A DNA stretch of 64,000 nt from a virus, in the IMG/VR virus record IMGVR_UViG_3300020183_000046, positions 14,326 to 78,325 of that record; one strand, given 5' to 3'. The translations under genes were made by a program, and so were the position numbers. Below the pieces are notes generated by a model. It searched no databases. It was not told the DNA's origin and saw only the letters and a list, made by a program, of their open reading frames with translations. Below, piece after piece: positions 48,169 through 58,882 of the stretch. Numbering within the stretch: position 1 is the first letter of the stretch; each line of letters begins with the position of its first letter.

Positions 48169-48752
48169 ATTCTAATCTCCCATATTTGAATATAATTTGA
48201 TCCCCATCCATAGTTGAATTCACCAACTCCAGCATAAGGAGTAATACCAAGAGTAAATGTAGTTGAATTTTTATTTACAGCTGCGACTGATGTAAATACT
48301 CTAATTTCAGAGTGATGATTTAGTGCCTCTCCTTTATAATAAAAATCAAGAGAACTTCTTTGAAATGATGGATTTACAAAAGTCCCATCTCTTTTTAAAT
48401 ACCCAGACATACCGAATCCACCATTAGATCTAGTTTGACACTGTGCAAAAATAACCAATTTACTATCAGAATATTTTGGCGTCATAGAAAGTGATACTGG
48501 AGTATCATAATTAGTTGCATCTGCAATATTCACATAGTTATCATTAGTAGATGGGACTATATAATCAACCATCTGTACGACACTTCCAGAGAACAAATTT
48601 GCCCCAGAAGATGTTTGTAAATTATCAGTTCTTACTGTTCCAGAAGTAAGAATACCACCAAAGTCAACATTTCCAGATGCATTTAGCTGCAAAAATGGAG
48701 TTGAAGCTCCAGCAGAGACGTGTTTGATTCTATCAACTCTAAGCTCAGACAT
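48165..48752 (-). CDS. Small tail-fibre tip protein
   Basis: MSELRVDRI, GSVVQ, ..TPK.S.SK..I, C-terminal I.EI. Confidence 0.7.
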   Translation of the reverse strand: MSELRVDRIKHVSAGASTPFLQLNASGNVDFGGILTSGTVRTDNLQTSSGANLFSGSVVQMVDYIVPSTNDNYVNIADATNYDTPVSLSMTPKYSDSKLVIFAQCQTRSNGGFGMSGYLKRDGTFVNPSFQRSSLDFYYKGEALNHHSEIRVFTSVAAVNKNSTTFTLGITPYAGVGEFNYGWGSNYIQIWEIRI

Positions 48753-48775
48753 TTTCTAAAATGACTATACAGGGT

Positions 48776-48783
48776 TATTTATA
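48776..48783 (-). promoter_or_regulatory. Late promoter TATAAATA for the tail-tip / U32 cassette operon
   Basis: Exact motif overlapping the stop codon of the large fibre gene. Confidence 0.8.
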
Positions 48784-51700
48784 CGATGCTCCAGTATCCG
48801 CCACTATTGATGGTAACCGTAGTTCCATTTGCAATTGTGATTGGACCTGCGCTCATACAATTATCTCCATTAGCAACAATTACATTTTCTGCTACTGTAT
48901 TACGATTGCGCTTGAAGATTCCGTAAGTATCAATCCACTGCTTATCCCCAGTTGCTCTCAGAACAGTTGTCTTCTGACCACTAGCGAGTGCTTCTGCTGC
49001 GTTGATATTAATACCACTCTTAGCTCTTACTTCAAGTGCGTAAGTTGTCTGGAAGTAATCGGTGCCACTATTTCCACCGAGCGTCATGGTGCCAGTATCA
49101 GTTAATGTGGCAACACAATTATCATTATCGGATCTCCAAACAAAATCATCTCCTGTTCTAAAGTATGTTGTGCCATCAGTAGCAAAGAAGAATCTTTGTT
49201 GGGCATCAGTCGAAGTGATCCAAACATTAGTTGAACCTCCCAGGTACGGAAGCGTCAGTGCAGAGTAACCATCGAGCAGGTCAGCGTTCAGGTTGGTAAC
49301 AACCGTAGTAGAACTAACCGTGAATGGTGCTGTTCCTGTAGCAACGCTAGATTCAAAGGTTGGAGATATCATCTTCACGTTAGCTGTAACATTACCATTT
49401 ATGGCAATTGTTAAAGCATCAGTTCTAGTTGTTGGGAATAGTTGATTTCCATTACTGCTTGTTTGAGAAATTCTAAATAAACCACTCAACTGACCAATAG
49501 ACCAGTGGGCAGTATCTATATCATGCAATTTGATACCAATACCATTACCAAAAGTTCTGCTTGCTACAGCATCACCAATACGCATCCATGGAGCGTTTTG
49601 ATCCAATCCAAGAGCGTTAACATCATTTGCATCTGTTCCAGCATTAAGAAGTCTCAGAATTGCATCGGTTTGAACTGCTGCAGCATTACCAATAGAAACT
49701 TTTGATGTGGTGAACCTTACATTACCATAAACGAGGTTTGCAGCATTATATCCAAAATCATTTGTGTCATTACCAAAACGAAGATAACCAGAATTTGAAT
49801 CTTGCTTACCTTTAACTGAGAGGGAGTTTGTTGCAGCCTTACCTACGGTAATACCATTAGCATCTGCAAGGTTGAGGATCGAAGTGCCTGTATTTGTCAG
49901 AGTAATTTGATCACCACTAAAATCATTAGCAACAATATCACCAGCTGATGTTCTCTTAACAATAGAACTATTGGTTGCAGTTTCTGATGGCTCAGCACCC
50001 TGCAGATAGCGTGCGTCCAACTGAGAAGCTGAACCATCGTTACCAGAGTGCCATACAGTATTACCGTTAATAGTTACATCACCAGCATTAATTCTGAGCG
50101 TACCAGCACCATCAGTAGCAGTACCACCAGAGACTCTGAATTGAACGTCATAGTTAGATGCCTGACCGCTAGATCTAAAATCAAATGTAGGAACCGAAGT
50201 AGTTCCAATTTGACCCAATTCAATACCAGCTCCAGTTGCGTTATCGTTAACTGCAAAGATCTGTGCAGAACCAGCGACTAATTCATTAGAAGAAGTAACA
50301 GTCCATCTTGTGCTTCCAGATGCACCAGGACCAATCAGGTAGACATCTTTACCAGATTTTCCAGCAGTGAAGGTGCAGGATCCAGTAATAGTTGAATAAA
50401 TTCTACCGTCATTTCCAGTACCTTGTACTGCACCATTTGAATCAACAATTATTGTTCCAATATTCTGAGTTGCATTAGCATCTTCATATAATGTATAAGT
50501 TCCACTATTTGCGATGTTGCCACTTGGTCCAGTGACTACATGGAAGTTTGGAATATAGAATTTAAACTTATTGCCCGTTCCAGCAACATAGAAGTTTTCC
50601 AGAACATACTTGTCTCTACCGAGAACTTCTGGAATGAATGGATCTCCAAGGGTTCCGTGACCTCTTCTATCTCCAATATTGTGACCAGACTGATACCACA
50701 GACCCTGTTGACCGTCAAGAAGGTCTGCATCTAATCCAGAAGAAGCACCATCATTATTAGATGACCAAATTTGATACCAAGAAGAATATGTTGTGGAAGT
50801 TCCACCACTATCACCACGGATCCAAAGATTGTTATTATCTGTGAATCCAAGTTGAGTTACTGCTCTTGTGCTGGATGCAGATTTTCTTCTATATGTAAGG
50901 ATACCTGCTTGGGTTCCACCATCACTCAGAGAAACTGTACTGTTGTTTCTCAAATGTAGTTCGATACCAAGAGATGAAGCACTTGGAGCTGGGTTTGAAG
51001 TTACTGGAACTTCGTCATGCTTCAACAGAGCAGTGCTAGCTGATTCTCCGTTAATGCTGATGTTGTAAGTTCCCTGTGCAATACGAGCAGGATCAATACT
51101 TCCTTGAGTAAACAAACTTGCATCAACAAGATTTGCAACACTTAAAGTACCAAAAGCACCCTGAATAAATTCGGCAATCAGACCAGATCCAGTTCCTTGA
51201 TCGAGACGAACTTCTCCACTATTGGTTACAATAAAACCAGCTTCTGTTTGGTTGGCAAGAGATTGATCACTCTTTCTCTTGCGGAATTTAGAAATACCAT
51301 AGTTACCATACAGAGATGTACTTGTGGTATTTGCATTTGCTTTTCTAACATCAATACTGATGTTGCCGTAACCACGATTGACTGTTCCCTTAACAGCAGT
51401 AAGAGTTGCTGCAGCAGATGGGGATCCGAGCTCAGTTGGAATAGTAACTGTAAAGTTACCGTTATAACCAGTTCCAGGGTCAGTTACTTGTGCTGCGGTA
51501 ATGACACCATTAGTAACCGTGAAACTTGCTCTAGCTACATCATCGGAACTTACTGATACGTTACCACCAGCAAGAGAAAGATTCTGATAAACTTGAGTAC
51601 CACTTTGAGGAGTATATCCAGTACCGCCACTTACAATAGTGATGCTCTCGATGTATGTACTATCAGTAATTGAAGCACTAATTACGATTGCATCAGCAGT

Positions 51701-54700
51701 TTCTGGTTTGATTGATTGTAATGCATATTCGTAAGAAGAATCTCCACGGAGGAAAGTAAATGCGTTAGCAACTCCTCTAGATGCAAGACGTTGTGGATCA
51801 ATTGTACCAGATACAATATTTGTGGCGTCAATATTTGTAGAAGTAAGTTGAGTCCAGTTGGCAGCATCTGCCGCTGAAGTATTAACTACTCTAAGAATGT
51901 CTACGATTCTTTCTCTTTCTACGTTACCACTAGTACTCGAAGGTGCGTTTGTGGTTACTGTATACTCGTTGGCATTATTGACAGCAACTACATAGAATCC
52001 ATCTGGAGCAGTACCTGATGTAAAATTGAGATAGACAAGATTACCATTTGCCAATCCATGACCAGACTCAGTTACAACAATAGTTGTGCTAGCTGTTTGT
52101 GAGTATGTACCAGTTCCAAGATTGGTTCCAGATCCATCAAGTACAAAGTCACCAGTATCAAACTTGATATTGTTTGCAATATCTAAGTATACTCTACCTT
52201 CAACAGCGGCAGAGATAGACGCATTAAATTGCGCTCCTCCTGGTGAGGTTGGAACAGTAATAACTGGGTTATTGTAATAACCTTTACCAATATTCGTGAT
52301 GGTTACAGATATAACGCTTCCATTTAATACATTAGCAGTTGCAGCTGCTTGAATACCATTTACAGTATCATTTGGTGCGCTGATAGTCAGTGCAAAGTTG
52401 TTGGCATAAAATGCGCCAGCAACATCGATATCGTACTCGTAAACAGCACCATCATTATACTCAGTGATAACTCCAGTAGCTCCTGTCGAACTACCATTTA
52501 CGATTGCTGCATTCGTAAACGTATATGTATTATTTGGGGTGAATGTGATGTACTGAGAATCTAAATCATTTTCTAAGATGTAGGAAACTGCAATACCTTG
52601 AGTTGTGAATACCTGAGTTCCAGTTCCTTGTGAAGTCAAATTAATTGCAGTTCCAGTGCCAGCATCTGTTTCATTTGCAGCAAGTTTTATTGTACTTGCA
52701 TTAACGACTATGGCATAGTAAGTGGATCCATTTGTAATACCACCGATAGAAGCTGTACCCTGAGTATAGATTAATCCATCGCCAGTTGTAAGTCCATGAG
52801 CGGCAATTGTAATTTCTTCAGTTGAAGTATTTACATCAGCTGGAGCAACGTTAAATACCTGTGTGGTTGTCTCAATCGCAATATCTCCAGCAACAACGTC
52901 TTCAAGAGCAAGACGTTCTTGAGTTGAGTTAACTGATGTGATATTGAATGGGCGCAGTGCTGGGATCTGATCAATATTGATCTTACCAGTTGCAGTTAAC
53001 TGAACAAGTGCAGAAGGAACTGCGTTTGTTGAATATGGTTGATTGAGATATGGTCCAAGGTTGTTGGAGATATAATCCCTAACTGCAGCCTGAGTAGGTA
53101 GCAGAGCATCTGATGCAAATGCACCACCAAGATTATCATCTGCAGAGAATCCATTAATGGTAATATCCCCACCAGTAATCTTAATTGATGTCAGTTCTGA
53201 AATTGCAACAGTACCAACAAAGCTGATAGCACCAGTTCTATTGAAGATAGTAACAAAATTACCTACCTTAAAGTCACCAAATTCGTTAGTACCCGATGTA
53301 TATACCTGACCATACTCTTCTTCTCTTGCCTCAAATGCAGATCCTCTACCAAATCCACCGTTCTGTGGTAGAGCAGCATAACTGTTTCCAGATCCAGCAA
53401 ATTCCCAAGTATGAGAAGATGAGTTAACTACCGATGGTCTATGTAATTTAATCGTCGCATTTACCAGTGGTGTGCTGGTTCCGCCAGCAATATTTCCGAG
53501 TGAATATGCATACCTGGTTCCAGTTGAGGTATTTGTAACATCAAGACCCTGATTGCTTACAATTGTAGCAGTGATCTGAGATCCTGGAGTTCCAGAAACA
53601 TCTTTCGTTTGTAAGATAATAAATTCAAGAGCTGGATTAGTATTTTCATATCCATCAATTTTAATAATATAATCTTCAACTGGGATATTCGTTAACGCTG
53701 GTCCACTGATTCTAATCTCTTGCCTTCCAGTTTGTGTACCATTTCCATCTACCTGGTTGGTGATGGAAAGAATTTGAGCAATATCAAATGAGTATGGTTC
53801 TGAGCGATAACCAGTAGCACGCAGAGCATATGTACCAAAGTTAGACGCAGAGTTTGTTACAGATGCATAACCACCAGACTGGCAAACGATACCGTCCTGA
53901 CAGAAGATGGCAAACACAGAAACAAGTTGTGTATAACCATCATTTAGAATGTTGTATGCAGTACCACCGAAAGAGATAATGGTAAATGCCGACGCAACCA
54001 TCGACTTACCTTGTGGATCATAGAGAGCTACAGTATTGCCTTGACCATCTATTTTCAATCCTGGACGAGGAACGTTTGGAGTTGATACCTTAGCTCCGTC
54101 GATCTCACAACCAGATCCACCTTCAAATGAAATCAGAGAAGAGTTTTGAATATATGGAGATGCTTCAATAATTGGAAGATCTAAGAAAGTATTGACAAGA
54201 GCGAAGTTATATGCACTAGATCCAAGTTCAGTAAGAATTGGATCTGGATATGTAATGTTAGTAATAGCAGAATTGTTTAAGATTGCACTGTCTAAAGCAG
54301 TCCAAAGAGTTGTAAGTGCAGAAGTTACGTTAGCACACTCTGGAGCATTAGAATCTACCGTTACTGCACTATTTGCAACTGGTACAATCTGGGAGAATCT
54401 TCCATCATCAAGATGTGAATTGATTGACTTCTTAGCAAGAAGTTTTGCATATGCATAAACTTGTCTTGAGAAAGCAACCTCATTAGCAATAAAGTTTTGA
54501 ACTCCAGCACCAACGTACTTATTAGCCGCTTCTGCAGTTGCTGAGTTACCAGTATAGCGAAGGTCATACTGCCATGCTCTCAAAACTTTGACGATATCAT
54601 CGATACACTGCTGATCTCCATCTGCATAGGTTCTTGTTATGCCAGTGAGATTTCCTGGTGATCCAGTGCTACCAATTGCTTGAGTGACAATAGCGGTCAG

Positions 54701-57700
54701 AGTAGTGATTGTTGATGCTACATCCTGACAAGATGGATTTTGAATATCAAGTGTAATGCTTGTATCTTTAACCTGAGTGTATGCACCGAGGTTATAAGTT
54801 GTAAATGCAGAACTGAAGGTCTCATTACGCATCGCTGCAATAGCAAGATCTCTAGCATAGTTGAAGACAATTACTGACTGGTTCTCTTCTCCAACTACAT
54901 GAGCTCCATCAATATAGTATTTGGCAGCATCATAAACTTGATCATTACCACCAAAAGTTAAGTTATATGAGAGTGCTTTTAAGAAGTCAACTGTATCATC
55001 TTTGCAAGATTGCTTACCAGTTGGAATTGTAAATGATTGCTCAGCAACCATTCTTTCAACTGCCATTTCTGCAATCATTACAGCGTTAGCAAGAATCAGA
55101 GATGAAGAATCTGCATAACGATCTGCTCTTGGTTTGCTGCCAGGAGTTACATGTGGAAGTGGAGTGGTGAACGTTACAGTTCCACTTTCTCCGCTATTTG
55201 CTAGGCTTGCAAGATTAATTGTAAGAGTTCTATAGTCTGGGGTATCTGCTACCTGATAATTACCGTCTGCGAGAGCTCCACTCCAATTAAAACTATATGT
55301 TTGCAGAGCGTATCCTGCATGACCCAGGGGGGTGGTTAAAGTGAGAGTTTGACCACTGATGCTATATGATCCAGATCTTGTATTTGCAGAGATGCTTGAG
55401 TAAGAAGTTCCATCAATAGAAATCTGAGTTCCTCTTGTGCTTGAGGAAGTATGATGGGACTTAATTGCTGCATATGCCTCTTCTGCGATAAACTCTTGGT
55501 TTACCTTAATAGCCTCTGCACCATCTCTATAACGATCAGTTTGATTTACTGCAGTAAATCCATATGGAGAGTTTCTAAGAGATGCAAGAACATAGTTGTT
55601 TGCCGCTACAACTTGCTGATCACCAGCAACATCAATAGCAGTTCCAAAACGAGAATATGAACCCCTTACAACAAAAGCAATTGAGAAACCATCTGGTCTT
55701 TCAATTCTATGAGTAATATACTTTCTTCCGTTCAGATCTTCGATGTTATCTTGAACACTAAATGTTCCAGTTCTAGTTGCCGAGTCTGGTGCATTCAGTG
55801 TAAATCTGACTGTTTGTGTTCCAGAGCTATAAGAACCTCTAGCGATACCCAGGACAGTTCCTGCAGGAAGAGTTGGGAAAGTAGTGCCAGATGTGAATGT
55901 ATCACAGTGATAAACTTTAGTTGTTGCTCCACCAGTAGTGAATGTAAATTTGAGACCAGCTTCTCCCAGAGTAGTTAAGTTGCCCCAGAATGCATTAACT
56001 AATGTTGTATCGACTCCAGTAATTGTACACTGGATTGTTGTTCCATTTTGAGTATATGAATATGCTGCTGATGCACCAAAGTTAATTGTTGAACTTTGGA
56101 ATCCATAGAGATAAACTTCCTGACCAACTTCATAATCATGATAAGTTGTTGATCCAAGATTAACAATTGGACCAGAATATGTCTGCTGAGTTGTCAGAGA
56201 AGTATTGATATTGGCAATAGCAAGAACTCTGGTATTCAGATCAAATCTTTGGAATCCCTTTCCAGCAGATGTAATATCTACAGTGATTGGATCATCTTGA
56301 CCAGATGCATTTTTTCTAGTTGCGTTTGCCTGACTTGTTGCAATTCTAACCCAATTAGAATTTTCTACATAAACAGCATATGTTGTACCGTCAGAAAAAC
56401 CACCAATAGCGCCCATCTTACTGGCACGATAGATGACCTGATCTCCAGTTTCAAATTGGTGATTGAGAATATAGATATTGTTTGACTCTGGCATTACCTT
56501 GCCAAAGGTCAGATAGTGAATTGTATTTGATCCTACAGCAGTAATATCAACTAAACCCTGCTTTGTAGTTGAAGATGCGTCAAAGTTTGCATTTGCAAAG
56601 CTATCGTAAAGTTCGAAAGTATTTGCAGTTAAGACACGAACATAATATACAGAGTTGTGGACTAATCCTGGAACGCTAGTATTACCATCATTATCATAAT
56701 GTACAGCAGCACCAGTGAATAATCCGTGACCATTAACGGTCAATACATCAGTTGTAGCATTTACATTTGATGCATTTAAGAGGAGAGTTTCTCTCTCAGA
56801 ATCAAATGTGTGCTGATAAATTTGGTTAGAAATAGTTTCAAGCTCTGGTCTCAGAGACTCTACGTCAACAAGAGCAGCATTAGGAGAAGTTGGTGGGTTA
56901 TTTGGATCATTTACAACTTGACCTAAAGTTGGAGCATAGTAAATTGTATCTACACTAGAAAATACATCATTATTTCCAGATGTAACTAAAACGGTTACGC
57001 TACCAGTTGAATACGGAGAAGCTACTGGTCCAGTAAATGTTACTGCCTTAACTATAGCAGTGAGAGATCCTCCCTCATTTGTAAGTGCAAAACCAGGGAG
57101 AAGACTTGTGTTATTGCCAGTATTATCTCTAAACGTTAACAGTTGAATGTTTTCTCCCTGGAACTTCTGTCCAGGAACTGCTGGAATTTGCTTTACTTCT
57201 GGCTCGTAGTAGAGTCGCTGCTTATCGTCAAATACGAAAGCATATTTCCAAGTATAAAGCGTTGCACTATTGGGATCGTTTGGATTCTGTAGTGCGTCTC
57301 TAAACGTAACTCCATTAATATAAGTTTCGTTAGATGCCTTAACCATGTGACGATCACGGTTAGATGGTCTAACGACTACACGACGTAGGTTATCACCAAT
57401 AAGAGAACAGTTTCTTGGCAGTGAGATTGGGTTATCTTCTAAGTATTCTCCACCAGAAACGATAATCGAAACATATTCATCACTTGGATCTGGAGTTGCC
57501 TTCTGCAATCCATAAGCAACTTGAGCTGCCTTCTTAATGGTTCTAAGAGGTCTAGCTGCCGATCTACCATCATTATCATCATCACCAATAGTCGATGAAA
57601 CGTAAACACGTCCACCAGTATCGTTAGTAGCAACTCGATACACGAAGTCTGTAGTAGCAATACGTCTCGATTGGTCACTCAGAGGAGGAGTATCTGCAGT

Positions 57701-58303
57701 TGGATGGAAAGTTTGCAGGTATGTTGGACTCGTTATATCAGTGTCCTGGAAGTTAAGTAAATTGGGAGCACGAAGATTCAGTGCTGGGTTAACGATTGTA
57801 CCAATATCCAGATTGATAATCGTTGCAGTATCTGAAATGATCGAACGAGTCGTTCTGATTTGACCTTCAACGTCCAGTTCGAATTGTGGATTTGTATTAT
57901 TAATACCAATACGAACATCACCAAGATTATCCTTAGTTACAATAAGAGCACTGGATTCTGATACTCCACTTCCAACAGTGATGCCAAGCTTATCACTAGC
58001 ATTAATGACTAAGGAACGTCTAATTCTATATGCAAGTGTATTTCCTGCAGTAATTGTACCACTTGCAGCATCTGTAAAAGTAAATGAATCTGAGTTGACT
58101 ACAGTGATTGTATAGTTGCCACTTGTAGCTCCACCAGAGTTTATATCAATCTCAAGTTCTTCGGTATCGATGAATCCGTGCCCAACTGAAATTACTGTTA
58201 CAGTAGTGCCAACTCTAAAATAAGTGGCATTTACCCAACTTCCAGTGGCAACTTTACCTGAACCTTCAATTCTCTGTTGTTCAGAATTAATTCTCAGACT
58301 CAT
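48779..58303 (-). CDS. Giant tail fibre / tailspike-like protein (3174 aa)
   Basis: Beta-helix entry motif VYVS..GDD.NDG...P.RTIKKA...GEY.E.NP...GDNLR; HG..TGD repeats; (D/N)ADLLDG motifs; C-terminal N.MSAGPITI..G.TVT...G..WSIV. Confidence 0.88.
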   Translation of the reverse strand: MSLRINSEQQRIEGSGKVATGSWVNATYFRVGTTVTVISVGHGFIDTEELEIDINSGGATSGNYTITVVNSDSFTFTDAASGTITAGNTLAYRIRRSLVINASDKLGITVGSGVSESSALIVTKDNLGDVRIGINNTNPQFELDVEGQIRTTRSIISDTATIINLDIGTIVNPALNLRAPNLLNFQDTDITSPTYLQTFHPTADTPPLSDQSRRIATTDFVYRVATNDTGGRVYVSSTIGDDDNDGRSAARPLRTIKKAAQVAYGLQKATPDPSDEYVSIIVSGGEYLEDNPISLPRNCSLIGDNLRRVVVRPSNRDRHMVKASNETYINGVTFRDALQNPNDPNSATLYTWKYAFVFDDKQRLYYEPEVKQIPAVPGQKFQGENIQLLTFRDNTGNNTSLLPGFALTNEGGSLTAIVKAVTFTGPVASPYSTGSVTVLVTSGNNDVFSSVDTIYYAPTLGQVVNDPNNPPTSPNAALVDVESLRPELETISNQIYQHTFDSERETLLLNASNVNATTDVLTVNGHGLFTGAAVHYDNDGNTSVPGLVHNSVYYVRVLTANTFELYDSFANANFDASSTTKQGLVDITAVGSNTIHYLTFGKVMPESNNIYILNHQFETGDQVIYRASKMGAIGGFSDGTTYAVYVENSNWVRIATSQANATRKNASGQDDPITVDITSAGKGFQRFDLNTRVLAIANINTSLTTQQTYSGPIVNLGSTTYHDYEVGQEVYLYGFQSSTINFGASAAYSYTQNGTTIQCTITGVDTTLVNAFWGNLTTLGEAGLKFTFTTGGATTKVYHCDTFTSGTTFPTLPAGTVLGIARGSYSSGTQTVRFTLNAPDSATRTGTFSVQDNIEDLNGRKYITHRIERPDGFSIAFVVRGSYSRFGTAIDVAGDQQVVAANNYVLASLRNSPYGFTAVNQTDRYRDGAEAIKVNQEFIAEEAYAAIKSHHTSSSTRGTQISIDGTSYSSISANTRSGSYSISGQTLTLTTPLGHAGYALQTYSFNWSGALADGNYQVADTPDYRTLTINLASLANSGESGTVTFTTPLPHVTPGSKPRADRYADSSSLILANAVMIAEMAVERMVAEQSFTIPTGKQSCKDDTVDFLKALSYNLTFGGNDQVYDAAKYYIDGAHVVGEENQSVIVFNYARDLAIAAMRNETFSSAFTTYNLGAYTQVKDTSITLDIQNPSCQDVASTITTLTAIVTQAIGSTGSPGNLTGITRTYADGDQQCIDDIVKVLRAWQYDLRYTGNSATAEAANKYVGAGVQNFIANEVAFSRQVYAYAKLLAKKSINSHLDDGRFSQIVPVANSAVTVDSNAPECANVTSALTTLWTALDSAILNNSAITNITYPDPILTELGSSAYNFALVNTFLDLPIIEASPYIQNSSLISFEGGSGCEIDGAKVSTPNVPRPGLKIDGQGNTVALYDPQGKSMVASAFTIISFGGTAYNILNDGYTQLVSVFAIFCQDGIVCQSGGYASVTNSASNFGTYALRATGYRSEPYSFDIAQILSITNQVDGNGTQTGRQEIRISGPALTNIPVEDYIIKIDGYENTNPALEFIILQTKDVSGTPGSQITATIVSNQGLDVTNTSTGTRYAYSLGNIAGGTSTPLVNATIKLHRPSVVNSSSHTWEFAGSGNSYAALPQNGGFGRGSAFEAREEEYGQVYTSGTNEFGDFKVGNFVTIFNRTGAISFVGTVAISELTSIKITGGDITINGFSADDNLGGAFASDALLPTQAAVRDYISNNLGPYLNQPYSTNAVPSALVQLTATGKINIDQIPALRPFNITSVNSTQERLALEDVVAGDIAIETTTQVFNVAPADVNTSTEEITIAAHGLTTGDGLIYTQGTASIGGITNGSTYYAIVVNASTIKLAANETDAGTGTAINLTSQGTGTQVFTTQGIAVSYILENDLDSQYITFTPNNTYTFTNAAIVNGSSTGATGVITEYNDGAVYEYDIDVAGAFYANNFALTISAPNDTVNGIQAAATANVLNGSVISVTITNIGKGYYNNPVITVPTSPGGAQFNASISAAVEGRVYLDIANNIKFDTGDFVLDGSGTNLGTGTYSQTASTTIVVTESGHGLANGNLVYLNFTSGTAPDGFYVVAVNNANEYTVTTNAPSSTSGNVERERIVDILRVVNTSAADAANWTQLTSTNIDATNIVSGTIDPQRLASRGVANAFTFLRGDSSYEYALQSIKPETADAIVISASITDSTYIESITIVSGGTGYTPQSGTQVYQNLSLAGGNVSVSSDDVARASFTVTNGVITAAQVTDPGTGYNGNFTVTIPTELGSPSAAATLTAVKGTVNRGYGNISIDVRKANANTTSTSLYGNYGISKFRKRKSDQSLANQTEAGFIVTNSGEVRLDQGTGSGLIAEFIQGAFGTLSVANLVDASLFTQGSIDPARIAQGTYNISINGESASTALLKHDEVPVTSNPAPSASSLGIELHLRNNSTVSLSDGGTQAGILTYRRKSASSTRAVTQLGFTDNNNLWIRGDSGGTSTTYSSWYQIWSSNNDGASSGLDADLLDGQQGLWYQSGHNIGDRRGHGTLGDPFIPEVLGRDKYVLENFYVAGTGNKFKFYIPNFHVVTGPSGNIANSGTYTLYEDANATQNIGTIIVDSNGAVQGTGNDGRIYSTITGSCTFTAGKSGKDVYLIGPGASGSTRWTVTSSNELVAGSAQIFAVNDNATGAGIELGQIGTTSVPTFDFRSSGQASNYDVQFRVSGGTATDGAGTLRINAGDVTINGNTVWHSGNDGSASQLDARYLQGAEPSETATNSSIVKRTSAGDIVANDFSGDQITLTNTGTSILNLADANGITVGKAATNSLSVKGKQDSNSGYLRFGNDTNDFGYNAANLVYGNVRFTTSKVSIGNAAAVQTDAILRLLNAGTDANDVNALGLDQNAPWMRIGDAVASRTFGNGIGIKLHDIDTAHWSIGQLSGLFRISQTSSNGNQLFPTTRTDALTIAINGNVTANVKMISPTFESSVATGTAPFTVSSTTVVTNLNADLLDGYSALTLPYLGGSTNVWITSTDAQQRFFFATDGTTYFRTGDDFVWRSDNDNCVATLTDTGTMTLGGNSGTDYFQTTYALEVRAKSGININAAEALASGQKTTVLRATGDKQWIDTYGIFKRNRNTVAENVIVANGDNCMSAGPITIANGTTVTINSGGYWSIV

Positions 58304-58320
58304 TTATGTGCTCCGAATCC

Positions 58321-58854
58321 TTAAGATACGACTGTGATTTCTAATATTCCAATCCACTTAACAGTGGATGATGATGTAACAGATTCAACTTCAAATGTAA
58401 AAAATGGTGCTCCACCAATTTGAAAAGGATCTGGAGTTACACTCCACTGTTCCTGTCCAGGTAAATTTTGACGAATTACATTTTCATATACAGATGCTAC
58501 AGTTGAAACACCAGATCCATTTGTAGTAACAATAACTTCAAATTGAGTTGCATATACATATGTATTTGTTGTTGTTTCCTGTCCAAAAATTCTTGCAGTA
58601 ATAAAGGAAACAGTATCATTTGCTAACGCTGGTGAATTCGTTGCAAGTGCTTGAGTACCATCTAAAGTCAACTGATTGGTATTAAGTACCGAATTAGTTT
58701 GAGCTTTTGTGATGTAAGTATCTTTGTTAGCATCAGCAAACTGATCGCTAGTCATATGCATAGCAGAAATATTCTTCAGTGCATACTCTGTGCTGAGTAC
58801 TTCTGTAGAACCTACTGCAAAGCCACCAATTGACGAAAAATTCTTAATTGCCAT
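58321..58854 (-). CDS. Virion structural protein (baseplate/tail-associated)
   Basis: F.S.GGF.V...LKNI; located between two giant tail genes after a late promoter. Confidence 0.7.
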   Translation of the reverse strand: MAIKNFSSIGGFAVGSTEVLSTEYALKNISAMHMTSDQFADANKDTYITKAQTNSVLNTNQLTLDGTQALATNSPALANDTVSFITARIFGQETTTNTYVYATQFEVIVTTNGSGVSTVASVYENVIRQNLPGQEQWSVTPDPFQIGGAPFFTFEVESVTSSSTVKWIGILEITVVS

Positions 58855-58874
58855 GACTTTAGATTACCTTAGGT

Positions 58875-58882
58875 TATTTATA
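58875..58882 (-). promoter_or_regulatory. Late promoter TATAAATA
   Basis: Exact motif. Confidence 0.8.
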
